A DNA stretch of 64,000 bases from Chrysomallon squamiferum (lineage: Eukaryota > Animalia > Mollusca), in assembly GCA_012295275.1 (NCBI GenBank), contig CM022671.1, forward strand, positions 28,830,001 through 28,894,000, read 5' to 3'. The notes under the pieces are model-generated. The model was given only the letters and a program-made list of their open reading frames with translations, was not told where the DNA came from and searched no databases. A program made the translations under genes and the position numbers. This document shows positions 30,336-44,200 of the stretch, piece after piece (position 1 is the first letter of the stretch; each line of letters starts with the position of its first letter).

Positions 30336-30767
30336 TATTTCTAAAATTTATTATGCAAAAGATAATAAAAATTGTGTGCGTTTGGACAAAAACAGGCGCA
30401 ACGTTTTAATCAGACTGATTTCCCAATAACAATTATAGCAAAAAGTCACGTTAGACTGAGTAATGGACGATTATTTGAAAACACTAATGAGTGAAATCGT
30501 CATTTCAGACTTTATCGTTATCTGCTAATATTATTTATCAAAAGACCGGCAGATAATGGATTAATCAGTTCTGTGAAGCATAATTCAGATATATTCTATT
30601 AAATTTGTAAATGTTATGCTTTTTATTGTATATTTTGCTTTCAAGTACATTAGTAGGTTATTTATGGCCTGCTACCTGTGGAGTGTTATTCAGTAATTCA
30701 TTTGACTCTATATTATTATTCTTATTATTATTGTTTTTGTTGTTGTTGTTACTGTTTTTGTTGTTGT

Positions 30768-30802
<35 letters not shown>

Positions 30803-31081
30803 ATTATTATTATTATTGATTACTGTTATGTTTTTTTTTTCGTTGAACTTGTTACTCTAAGAATATAAGAACCTAGTTATGCATATTAACTGTTTAAAAT
30901 TACAGTATATATGGGGGAAATAAAACATTATTGTCATACTTTGTCTTTGTTATTTATATTTTGAAACATTTATTAGATATTATTTTTAATTATTTGATTG
31001 TCTTGTTCAGTTCTTTGTTTGATTGTTTGTTTATTTAAATAGAGTTAAATTTTGAGGCAGTTATTTTAATTTTTCTTAGTG

Positions 31082-31150
<69 letters not shown>

Positions 31151-31351
31151 GCTATTGCTATTGTTATCATTATCATCATTATTATCATTATTGTTATTGT
31201 TATCAACATCAGCAGCAACACCATCATTGTCATAATCATCATCTTTTTTCCCTATGTTATCATTATTATTCATCAGGATATTTAAAACCATTAATAACTA
31301 GATGGATATAACACTTCATTTTATAACACGAACATAAAATGAAATATTAAT

Positions 31352-31402
<51 letters not shown>

Positions 31403-31441
31403 AACTACAAATACTAATGCTATAATTAAATAAATAAATAA

Positions 31442-31485
<44 letters not shown>

Positions 31486-32773
31486 TTGTAACGTCCCCAA
31501 AACTGAAAGTTTACTCCGGCACTTAAATATGACAATATATCATTTGTGAACCTTGAATAGCCACACCACGTTATAAATGACAGTACATGTTAAGTAAGAG
31601 AAACGCTTTGTTGTTGACAGCTGTCCTTCCTAGCAGAGCTAAAGGTCCTTTCATCTGACCTTGGATCAAACAGAACTATAAAGGCGATTGCTTTGGCAGT
31701 TAATGTCAACGTGTACGAGTGACTTACTTTTCAGTCAAGTTTCAACAACCAGGCAAGATAATGTCATGGGACAGAAGCGACTGATTGCAAACCTTCTGAC
31801 AGACACACTGACGGAAAGACAGATGTACGGGCGGAAGGTGTAAACATGTTTATAAATAACGCGGCAGCTCTTTGGTAACTATGTCCAGTGTGGGAATATG
31901 TCAGAAGAACTTAAATCATTTGTCGATGTAGATGTATGCGCATATATTAGCACATACGCTCACACGTGCTTAAACGCACAGATAATGTCTGTGTCTGTTG
32001 GTCTTTCTGTTTCTTGCATTCGCTACACTGAGAAATTTCACCTTGAAAAATCTTTGCACGTGCAAGGATCCAAAAATATGATTTACAGTTTTCTTTTTTT
32101 TTTTTTTTTTTTTCTCTTCAGATCTTTGTCAAAAAAATGATATTATTATACTGAACTGAAGTGTCATCGAAACAGTAAAATTTCACTTTTTCTTTCTCTC
32201 TTTCATGTTTTTGCTTTCTTAGCCTACAATTATCATCAGACTTGAGAATAACATAAACAGATGAACAACAGCAAGAAGAACAAATAATAATAATAAAGCT
32301 GTATCACGAAGAAGCTACAACTGACTGTTATAATGAGAAATACGGAGATCAAGTAGTGAGAGAGTGATTATCATTGAAAATTATGCTGTTGATAATCGTA
32401 TAAACAGACAGATTAAAAAACAAAAAACCCAACAGAATCAGAGAATTGTTAAAACAACCAAATGGTTAAATAAATGGAACAACAAACGGACAAACAAACA
32501 AACAGATAAATAAATAAATAAATAAATAAATACATACATTTTTATATAGAAAATATTATAAATTCCTTTACATCACGTAATATTATCTGGTATAACATTT
32601 CGTGTGTTAGCTGACAGCAGTCACGTCATGTTTTGAGACAAGACTTTGTAACACGATATTTACACAATATCATCATACTCAGAATGAGATTTATTGTTCA
32701 CATACACGTGTGATAAACTTATCTCAGTTAACTAATATAATATATACATATATATACACACACGCACACGCAC

Positions 32774-32819
<46 letters not shown>

Positions 32820-32858
32820 ACATACAGACACACACCTACACACACACACATACACACG

Positions 32859-32931
<73 letters not shown>

Positions 32932-33155
32932 TAGTTCTCAGAATATATATTACCGGTATACATGTAAAGAATATATATCTGTACATAAATATATCTGACA
33001 ATCATAACATGATTTTTAAGTATCACTATCTAAATATGGAAACGGCGGAGTTAAAAATAATAAAAACAAAAATAATAATAATAATAATAATAATGAGAAG
33101 AAGAAGATGATGAAGATGATGATGGTGATGATGACGGTGATGACGATGATGATGA

Positions 33156-33195
<40 letters not shown>

Positions 33196-33368
33196 AAATT
33201 AACAGAAAAAAAATATTGTCAAGCGAAAGATACGTCACCATCAACCTTTCACCCAGATTAACGATTAATTTTACAAACCCTCAACTTTTTCACCAGACAG
33301 TTAGTCCTTGTACACAACGACAAAACATGACGTTATTCAGCATCAAAAAAATATAATCACTTTTCACG

Positions 33369-33376
33369 TATAAAAG
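33369..33376 (+). promoter_or_regulatory. Candidate TATA box of gene C
   Basis: TATAAAAG about 50 nt upstream of the ATG at 33421. An alternative upstream exon (TATAAAG at 31677, donor ctttg|gtaact at 31874) is also possible. Confidence 0.4.
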
Positions 33377-33420
33377 AATCACATCCGTCAAGCTTTTGTT
33401 TTAACCTTTTCACCATTGCG

Positions 33421-33499
33421 ATGAAAACAACCACCCTGCCTGCATGCTGCGGAGTTGCTCTCATTATTTTTGTGTATAGCTGTTCTGGATATTATGTGG
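33421..33499 (+). CDS. Gene C signal-peptide exon (MKTTTLPACCGVALIIFVYSCSG-YYV)
   Basis: Typical n/h/c signal layout. Phase-1 donor G|gtacgt at 33499, or G|gtatat at 33508. Confidence 0.8.
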
Positions 33500-33949
33500 G
33501 TACGTCAGGTATATGTTTATTATATGGCTATCTTTTAATTTACTGTGTGGGTACACCTTTAATTTGTGTCTGTTTAGGTTATGGCTACATGGACTATTTC
33601 TGTATTTGTATTTGCATGTAAATGTTCAGGTTATAATATAGGTTATGGTGAATGTTTGTTAATCGTGTATTTGTGGTTTGTTGATCGGGTTATGTCGATT
33701 ATCTTTTTGTTTGTATTTGTATGTAAATGTTCGAGCATTATCTTTGTATGTCTAATATCTGTAAATCTCTATTTGAGGCTTATTTTAGAGTTACTGAAAG
33801 GATTACACGCACACATACACACACACACGTACGCATATATTCATATACACATATACACATTTACACATCAAGCTATTGATATATCTGTTGCCTGTCTATA
33901 TATCTATGCATTTGCCCGTTTTAATACTTCTCTGATTCTGTTTTTTCAG

Positions 33950-34036
33950 GAAGAGGAAGTCTTCTGCCTGTACGTATTATGAGAGTTCAGTCGATTTACA
34001 GTAGTAACTGGCCGTCAGTAAGATATGGACAACAAG
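33950..34036 (+). CDS. Gene C short internal exon (GRGSLLPVRIMRVQSIYSSNWPSVRYGQQ)
   Basis: Acceptor ttttttcag|ga and donor caag|gtaaat; 87 nt, phase 1-1, open reading frame. Confidence 0.75.
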
Positions 34037-34118
34037 GTAAATGATAACACATAATTAACATTTATAGTATTTACTCTTATTGAATTATATACGGATAATT
34101 TAATCCGAATAATAATAA

Positions 34119-34149
<31 letters not shown>

Positions 34150-34320
34150 AAGAAATTCTTTTTTCCTAAATTATTAACGCAAAAATAGAATTTAAAAATA
34201 AATAAATAAATAAAATATTATTAAAAAAAAAAAAAAAAAAAAAAAAACAACAACAACAAATAAATAAATAAATAAATAAAATAAAATAAAATAAATTTAA
34301 AAACTGCCGTGTATCATATA

Positions 34321-34351
<31 letters not shown>

Positions 34352-34361
34352 TATGATTATT

Positions 34362-34397
<36 letters not shown>

Positions 34398-34920
34398 ATT
34401 ATTATTATGATTTTATGTGGCATACTCAGTCTTTTAAGAGGTGAAATAGAGATAAAATACCACCAACATGCATATTCTGCTTCATTTCATCGTCATCGTT
34501 GTTCTTATTATCATCATCATCATTGTCGTTGTTATTGTTGTTCTTGTTTCTGTTATTATTTATTTATTTATTTATGTACTTATTAGTTTGTTTATATATA
34601 TTTTGTATTGTTTATTACTAGAAAAATCAATTCTTTATAGTCTTTAATAAAGCCCTAATTAGGTAGGACGGGGTGCCTTTATGCTGCATTTACACTTAAT
34701 TTGATTTAAATTTCAAATGTGTTTTGTTTGAAATCAGTTTGTTAAAACAGCTATATTATCTGCTTTAGGGTGTAAATGTGTACGGGGAAAACAACCAACA
34801 TACACTTATATATATATATTATATGACTCGACCGGTTTAGTAACTTGTGTAGATTATCTTCTATTACTGTGTTATCTTATTATTTAATTACATCTTACTT
34901 CTCGTTTTATTCTGATTCAG

Positions 34921-35393
34921 CATACTATCAAGTAATGCCACGTGTTCCTGTAAGACGGACTCTACTTGTAAGACAAAGACCAGCTTTCCAGTTACCAGCT
35001 GCCTCCAAAACCTTTTCTCAGCTCAGCGTACGACCACGACGACCACAACGACCACAAACGATGCTGCCGAAGGCGCCACGAAGAATGATCAGCAATCATC
35101 AGTTTAGAAACGGTTTTCGCAGCGTAAAAAGAAAAGGCCTTATTAAGCGGCCAATCGTACGTGGAGGACTTATTAGGAAAAAGAAAATCCCGTCTTTTGT
35201 AAGGCGTCCCAGGATTGGTCAGTTTAAACCGCAGATAGCCAATAGGAAAAGAGTTCGTCCACAAATTCGTCTTCCTGATGATTATACTGTAGTACTGGGG
35301 GGTGGACGCGGGGGAACAAAGAGAATTGTGGAAAGGGATGGATCTGACATTATTATTCATAGTGTGGACGGAAAGCTAAATTTTGATGGCTAA
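34921..35393 (+). CDS. Gene C terminal exon; highly Arg/Lys/Pro-rich secreted protein of about 212 aa in total, ending ...IVERDGSDIIIHSVDGKLNFDG
   Basis: Acceptor tgattcag|ca (phase 1), in frame with ORF 34845-35393. Confidence 0.85.
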
Positions 35394-35702
35394 TCGTCGC
35401 TGCTATTAGTGGTAGTATTTTTTTTTTAATCAGATCACTAGTTAGTCCCATTAGGTACATTATTAAAAATAAATGTGTAATTTTTCAGAAATCTTTGTTG
35501 TTGTTTTTGTAATAGTATTAATAACGAGTAAATTAGCCACCTTATTTTTTTTTTTTTTTTTTTTTTTCAAGGGCAAAAGAATTATTATTATTATTATTAT
35601 TGACTCAAATTTTCCTAAATTATTAACGCAAACCAAAAAGAATAAAAGAATGAATGAATAAATAAATAAATAAAACCCACTAAAATTTGGTAACACTGTA
35701 AT

Positions 35703-35738
<36 letters not shown>

Positions 35739-37754
35739 TTGTCATAACTGAAAAACATCTATTTTGAGTTATTAAAGTCTCAAAAGAATTCAGCCAATCA
35801 ATTCCCATTTCAAGGGGAAAATACTCTAACATAATCATGGCCATTTTGTATTATATAATAATTAAAAGGAACTTGTATCTTCTGGAAAATGTAACACTTA
35901 ACACTCTCGTTATACTGAATTGTTCCAGTTTTATTTTATTTTTATTTTATTTATTTTTTATTTTTGTATTTATTATTATTATTATTATTTTATTTTATTT
36001 TATTCCCCACCCTCCGGTCTTATAACAACCAAAGAATTCAGTTCATAAATATCTAGACGTTTTATTTTGCGTCATCGCGTACAAGGCGAAAGGATTTGCT
36101 CTAAAGTGTCTTCTAAGTTCTACTTGTCAGCTGTCAATCTGTCATGTACGCTGTGACGTAGATAAAATGGCGGCGTTCCAACGTTTTCTAACAGTATTTT
36201 GATTTATTTATTTATAAACGATGCTAGTCTTTAAAATAACGACATATAAATATCATCATTATCACTATCATCACCATCATCATCATTTTATTTTATTTAT
36301 TTTAGAAAATTAATTCTTCATACAATTACAATTTTAGATGGTAATATTAAAAAATACACTTCTAAGCAAATCCTTGAGAAGATATTTATCATTAGCAGCT
36401 TGTAAATGTAAAGGACATTTTATTTATTGTTTTCAACAATTGTTAAAACTAATTTTAAAAAAATGATGTAATATAAAGATGATTCTGATCATACGTTACG
36501 AATCTTAGGCCCAACAAGATAAAAACATAAAATAAAAATATAAGTAAAAATATGTTTGGATGGACAGACAGATAAATAAATAAACAGACAAAACTACGTA
36601 AAAATATAAACATAAACAAAAAAAGTAATTAATTAATGTTTCTGAAACTGAAATAAAGAGATTTAAAACAGAGTGTGATAATAATTTTTATTATTTTCCC
36701 ATCATCACCGGTAATTTAGAAATAAAATAACAAAAACTGGTTTCTCGACTTCACAAGTTACCTGACCTATACAAAGACGAAACTAAATGAAATATATATT
36801 TGTATATGTGAAGTTAACGATACATTCTAAGAACATACATATATTCAGTGAGTACACTGTTTTAAAATACTTGTAGTTTCTTTCATTTACATTCGTAAAT
36901 ACAAACGTACTGAAATTATAAAAATAAATTCGATACATTTTATTCACATATAAAAATAATCCATTGTCCCAGAATTAGTTAAATATTAGAACTTATTTTT
37001 ATATGACAAACGAAACCATAAATACTTCCCTTTTTCTTTTGGGTGAGTGTAACATTAAATTATGCTTTTCGAATTCACATTTAATAATTAATTTTAAAAT
37101 TAAAATGAGTAAACGCTAGTATCATTGTCATAATTCACTTTTAAATAAATACTGCAAACATTATTTTTTGTTTGTTTTGAGGGTTTTACAGACTACAGCA
37201 TTTTTGTTATCTTTCTTCTCAATTTTTTATCTTTATTTTTTGTTCTTAATTACTGTTCATTGTGATATAAATACTGAAGTATTGTGTCAATATACATAAT
37301 AGTATAGAATACATTAGACTTCAAAAATAACTAAAGTAGTCATCTAGCAAGATTCCAGCAATTTATTCATTTCACAAAAGGATTTTCGATTATAACGGTA
37401 GGTCTTCTGCTAATAAATACAATGAAAATTAAGCAAGACTAAAATTCGTTTTTGTTTCAAATGTAAGTAACTAAATATCCTAACTTAAACGAACAATTAT
37501 TTAGCACTTGCCAGCCTGGAAATATAAACGTGGATTTGTAAAATGAAAGGTTTTATTATATACATTTTATTCATTTCAAAACTAAAAAAATACTACTGTC
37601 TTGTCAAAAACGTTGTGGCTGTGGTTGTTGTTTATGTCGTTGTTGATGTTGTTGTTGTTGCTATTATTATCAACATCATCATTATCATAATCATCATCAT
37701 AATAATTTTGATGATTATGATTAATATTATGATTATCATCATCATCATCATCAC

Positions 37755-37825
<71 letters not shown>

Positions 37826-38283
37826 CGATTTATTACTATTATTACTACCGTAACAATAAATATTTACAGAAAATAAATATGAAAATAAAAAAAAAAAAAA
37901 AAAAAAAAAAAAAATAAAATAAAATAAAAGAAAAGAAAAGAAGTTGGAAACTGAACTGATATTATCGAACAAGATCTAAAAATACCAAAATATTGTATGA
38001 CAAATATTGCCAAACTGACAGTGTTTTAATTTCGGATCAAACTTTAATAATGCTGATATGATTTTTATCTTCTTTTTTTCTTTTCTTTTCTTCCTCTTTC
38101 ATTGCCTCTGCTGAATCCACTAACGATCTAAAAATTAATGTTTTGAACGTTGCATAACACCATAAATATTTCTAGCAACAATACCAGTTCCTGATTTAAA
38201 GGGTTTTTTTGTGTTTTTTTGAACGATTGTTTTGTATGTTAATGTTTGATGTGTGATGAAGAATAAAATGTGTGTGTGTGCAG

Positions 38284-39274
38284 TTACACATTTTGGTTTT
38301 GTAACTGAAAATGGCTTGCCAGACTTTGTTCTGGATTTGAGAAAATTTGTGGAAATGTTTGTTGCTGGCTGGCATTGGCGTTTCTCATTAACTGCATCAG
38401 CATTTGATTTTGTGAATTTGACTGTCGCTGTGTGGAGTTGTTCCTCGTCCGACTGGACGTCTGCTGTTTTGAAGACGACGACGACTCCGACGTGTTTATG
38501 CCTTGACTCAGGAGAGAGGAAAGAGAAACATTTTTCATTGTCGGATTCTTCTGCCGCCCGTCGGAATTTCCCATTCTTGTCGGGTTGTTTCCAGCCTGTG
38601 GCCATCTGTTGGCGTTTATTCCCATCAAAGCATTCGCCAGCTGAGAAGACATTTCATTGGGGTTCAGCATGTTCATTTGTTTCTGCAACATGTTATTTTG
38701 CATCTGAGGTACTTGGTTGAAGTTATTCATTGTCAGTATATTATTTTGTTTTGGTAAGCGTTGGTTCATACCGTTTTGCATTGCTGGTTGCTGATCGCTG
38801 GGTTTGTGCATTCCGAACATATTATTCTGCATTTCGGGCTGCTTGTTGAAATTATTCATTCCCATCAACAGATTCGGCGCCTGCCTTTGGGAGTTGTTTA
38901 TTATCAATCTGTTATTTTGCATTTGTGATCTCTCGTTATTTTCTCTCTGCTGGACACTGTTTGCTGTTAAAGGATTCGTCTGCTCGTTTTGTGATCTCTT
39001 GACTTTGTTCTGTGAATTGCCGTTCAGAACTGCCTGCAGATCGAACGATGGATCACGAGCGAGTCCCAGATGATTCACGTCTTTTTTCTGGTTTTGTGAT
39101 GATGAAGTCTGAGAGCCGGGTTCTGGCAGAGGAAGTCTTGACGGCACATCTTGAGCCGAGGGTCGGAACTCGTTTATTCGTCGTATTTCTGCTTGAGGAA
39201 CAACAGCCGCCAAAGCGAGCAACCCTCCCTGCGGCTGAAACTGTTGTCGCTGAAACTGCTGTTGCTGCTGCTGT

Positions 39275-39312
<38 letters not shown>

Positions 39313-39644
39313 CCGAAAAGATGTAAACTGTTGTACATGTTGCTGAGCTGGCATGTGAAAAGCTATCTGCCGTTGCTGAAAGCCGCCGTTGTTGGCGTCT
39401 TGCATGGGTGAAATAAACTGGTTGGACGGTTGTTGGGTAACGTACGGATACTGAACAGGCGATCCAAAGCGAGAATTCTGTACGTTTTGCTGAAACCGAG
39501 AATTCCGTGGGTCCATCCACGTGTTCGTCCTGTACATATTACCACCTGGAACAGGATTAGCAATTGCCATGGTGTTTTGCACGGCTTGTGCAAAAGCAGA
39601 CATTGGTTCTCTCTGCGAAAATGGCGGCGAGCGCTGACGGTTAA
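38284..39644 (-). CDS. Exon E: Gln/Asn/Met-rich terminal exon with a polyQ tract (about 453 codons), probably an alternative last exon of gene D
   Basis: Phase-1 acceptor tcattcttcacag|tt, uninterrupted 471-aa ORF, and the AIANPVPG motif shared with D. Confidence 0.8.
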
Positions 39645-41221
39645 CTGTGAAGAATGAAAATAAAAAGCTGAAAATGCTGTTCGTATCAAACTGTGACAAG
39701 TAGAATTATTTTTAAAATATACATATAAATATAAACTTAATTACTGCTGTTGATGCTGTTTTGTTTGCGGTTTATTTATTTTTATTATTATATAGTTTTT
39801 GGGTTTTTTTTTTCCTTCGGCATATAGTTTTTTGCATCATTATATTACGAAAAGTATATATAGCTATGTTAATAAAGGGCCAAGCTGTTAATATAGCAGT
39901 GCAAAGCATTAAAGTGTTAATAAAGCAAAACTAATTAATCAGTTAACGTTTTATACAAAAAGCTAATATTTGTGCATTTCTTCACAGTTTTCGCATCAGT
40001 CCAAGAATCACCTTTCTTTGGTTAATCACTTTTAAGATATTATTATTATTAGTAGTAGGTGTCATAAATTTGTTTTCAAATCTGGATTTAAAAAAAAATC
40101 TAAACTTCTGCAATCGATTCATAGATCTATTTGGTATTATCTTAAAATGTTTACTACAGTCAAAGGTTATTATTGTTTGTTTGTTTTTTGTTATAAAACA
40201 TTTATGAGTAGCTGAACTATTATCCCACTGTGGTAATGACAGTACATTTTTTCTTCTTGTTAAAGGCGTTATAGAAGCGATAAAAACGTTTCCAAATTTC
40301 AAATTAAATCGAACAAATATTTAAAATGTTTTATCCGAAATTCCATCAAAAGCAGTTAATTTTAAATATATTTAGCAACTGTTATTGCAAGGCTACTATA
40401 AATGTTTAATTAAGAAGCTATACTAAAAATGTTAACTAAAAAGCGACTAAAATGATGTTAATTTAAAAGCGATTAATATGCTGTTAATTTGAAAGCTATC
40501 GCTTTGCTGTTAATGAAAAACGAAAAGCTATGACAAGGTTAGTGTTAAGAAAGCTGTATAAAAGCTGTTAATAATGCAAAAGCAGTTAAACAAAGCAATT
40601 TCTAATCTACAACATGCGAATGTAATAATTCTTTATTTGCACAAAATATATCATATTCAATAGTAAAATGCCTGATTTACATGTGAATTTGTAAATATCA
40701 ATTCAGAACAGAAAATACTGGATAAAAAAAAGACATTACATCAAAAACGTGAGACTAAATAACTGAAGAAACTGCTTACATAACAAGATAGATAGATATA
40801 TAAAGCAAATGTTAAATTGTACATTTTTCAGACAGTAAATTGTAAGTGTATGTCTGTATGTCTGTGTGTGGCTGTGTGTGTACAAATAGCAAAAACAAAA
40901 ATCATTGAAATTTTGCATCTAGTCATATATGATGGCGGGCTTAAAAAAAAAGTATAGATATAAATCTGTTCTAATCTAGTTATTAACATTCAGATATTTT
41001 TATAACAATAATAATACCATAATAGTTTGTTTGAACAAGATGCATTAATTTGTTTAAAAAAAAAATTCTTCATTTTTCATCTGCAGTCACAAAATTCCTC
41101 CATAATTTTTTTATTCCTTGAATCTGAGATCAGGTTTTTTTAATTGATGACCAGAAAAAAGAAAACTTTTTTTAGTATCATCTATAAATAAATCATCATG
41201 ACTGCTTAATATACGTCAAGT

Positions 41222-44200
41222 TTAGCCTTGTCTGTCGATCGATATATCACTTCCATCCTGAGTTATAGTGTAGCCGTTCCTGTCAATAAATGTCCTGTCA
41301 AACAAGCCGTCTCCCTGAATTAATCTTGCTCCAGATCCTCCTCGACCTAACAGTTGCTTGGCGAAACTAACACCGCCTCGGCCGCTCAAGTTATTTAATC
41401 TGGGCAAAGGATTTCCTGGGCTGTGCTGGACAATGTGGATGATCGTAGGCTCCTGATTTCTTACGTTTGTCTGACGCGAACCCACACCCATTGAGTCGGA
41501 CAGTTTCTGGTTCTGGACGTTAGCTACTTCTACTTGCAACGTCTGCTCGACCATACCCAGTCCACCGCGCTGCTGCTGCTGCTGCTGCTGATGCTGATGA
41601 AATCCTGCTGCTTGGTTAATGTTCATCATATTCTTGCGATCGGTTTGTCGCAGTCTCGCCAGCTGTCTCTGCTTGGCTGCAGTCTGTCGGCTTTGTTGAA
41701 TCTGTCCAGTGTTTGGTTCGTTTGCTGGCATCATTTGTTGCCGATTTTGGTCAATCCCACGTCGTCTGTTTGAGATGTATTCTTGTTGTCTGTTAATATC
41801 ACCTCCCGGTGCACCACTTTGCTGATTTGTCTGTGGTGATTGCTTTTGATTTCTAAATCCTGTATTGCTTTCTTGATTTTGTGCCTGTGGCACAGATGTC
41901 TGTGGGTAATGATGAACCATTTCTCTCTCTTGTGGGTGTGACATACCTGATGGACCGTAATTTTGTTGTTGTTGTTGTTGTTGTTGCTGCTGCTGCTGCT
42001 GCTGTTGTTGTTGTTGAGGCTGTTGTTGCTGTGGTAGCTGCTCTTGTGGATAATGCATAAGTTGTTGCTGTTGATCTGGGTAATACGGCTGCTGTTGCTG
42101 GAAATGCTGTGGTTGTTGATGAGTTATTTCGGTTTTTCTGTTCCACTGATTAAGGCTAGCTTGCTGCGATGGCTCGTTAATATTCCCCAGAGGTCTTTGT
42201 TCGTAATTATTCTGTCTCTGCGCGGGTTCGCTGTGAGATAACAAAGGTTCCGGAGCCCACTGATCGAGTTTGCTGCTGCTGCTGCTGCTGTCCCTGCTGT
42301 GGAGGCAGTTCTTGATGATACTGAGGCTGAGTCTGTAAATTGTTAGAAAACTGTTGCTGTTCATAATTCTGGCGTGTAGCCGGATCGGTCAAAACCTGCG
42401 ACTGTTGTAAAGTATCTCCCGGTATCTGTCCGTTGTTTTGATAGTTCTGTGGGTGCGACATGGCCTGCATCTGGTTCTTTTGATTAGCTTGGTCGATTCT
42501 CGCATTCTGCTGAGGGTGAAAAAGCTGCTCATTAATAAATGCCTGTGTTGGGTCTTGGTTCAAGAATTGTGTTACTTGCCCATGATATAGAAGCGGTTGG
42601 TTTCTAATCGGATACTGTTGCAATTTTTTGTCAGCCAGCTCGTAATGACGAAGATCCACCGAACCAGGGGCGTACAACTCTTCAGCTTGATCTAGAGTTA
42701 AGGTTGGCTTTTTCGGTTTCTTTTTTGAAGCGGCCTTGTTTGGTTTTTGAGTTTGACGGGTAGTTTTGGTTTTAGTGCTGGCGACTTTGTGATGATGTCT
42801 CACTTGATTCCTGGGAAATCCTGGTGGTCCTAGCGGCTGGTTTCTAGTGTATGTGTTATTGCCACGTGGATCGTAACGTCCTCCAATACCAGGCAAGTAA
42901 GGAGAGCCAGGAAATTCGCGCTCAGCCTGAGCCTCTCTCATACCATTTGCTGGCTTTTTATTAGCTGCAGCTTGTGAAGGTGACTTCTTTTGGGGCTGCA
43001 TTTGTCTCACGCGATGTTTACTGGAAAACGGGCCTTGCTGCGGCTGGAAATTTGTCTCTGGGGCGTGCATGATTGGATTGGGACCTGATGGATTACCGAA
43101 ATGCTGTTTGCTGTTTGCATATCTCTGCTGATTCTGGCCACCTCCAAGCTGACTGGGATCGATCATGTGGTCTGGACGAACCGCCTCCTGTGAACGGACA
43201 TCTTGTACACTCTGACTGCCTGAGGCGGGTATCCCGTGAGGTGGGTATCCCATGTGAGATCCACTCGCTCCAGCGTGTTCATGATTCACTGGACTGCCGT
43301 TAATTGGATGTCTCTGTGACATCTGCCGGCCTTCCTGTGGGTGAGAGGGGCTATTAGGTGGATATCTGCTGTTCTGGCTGTATTCTTGAGGTGCGGGGTA
43401 TCTCTCAGCTTGAAACTCTCTGGTTTCAGCAGCAGTACCGCGACCTCTGCTGTCACCTCTCTCCGCCTCTTTTGTTCTGTGATTTGTGTGTGGATTATTC
43501 GCGTTGGGAATGTTTTGGACTGTTTCGGGGTTAGTCGCGTACTGCTGGTATCCTGCCTGGGAATCGGGTCTCTTTTCCTGATTACTTGGATGCTGTGCTT
43601 GTCGAAAATTAATATTCTTCGAAGCAGCATAATCTCCCTGTCTGACTTGACTCTGTTCTGCTTTGTTCATGTTCGTCTGCTGTTGGTTACTTGGGTACAA
43701 ACTACGTTGCTGCAGCTGTTCCTTGTTAGCAGCATATGGCAGCCGTTTCTCTTGTCCACGTTGACGTCTCTGTTGCTGCTGTTGTTGGGTTTTTCTTTGT
43801 TGGGCTTGTTGTGGTGATGGGTACGGTTGTTGTCGTGGTTCCTGTTGTAGACGCTGTTGTTGTTTTGGCTGTACTTTAAATAGTTCCTGCTGTGAAAGTT
43901 GTAGTCGTTGTTTTTGTTTCTTTACCTGTTGAGCTTTTTGTTCTAGGACTGATTTTTGTTCCTGCTGCTGTAGACGCTGTTGTTGTAATTTTTGTTTCTG
44001 CAACAACTGCAGTCGTTTTTGCTGCTGCTGAAGTAGCTGCTGCTGTTTGGTTAACGCTGACTGCGAGACTTGGACAACAGCAGCATTCGGGGCTTGCTGA
44101 AAAGAAGAATCTGCATTAAGAATATAAACAGTTTTCGACTGTTGACCTTTACCATTGTTAAACACGGGCTGCTGTTGAATTCCTCCTCCTGGGCTGTAGA

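Noticed and set aside
39490-39615. Reflectin-like words (EPMS...WMDPR) in exon E and RWMNP in gene A
   Set aside because: There are no repeated reflectin core motifs (MDxxGRxMD), the composition is Gln-dominated, and these products appear to have signal peptides.
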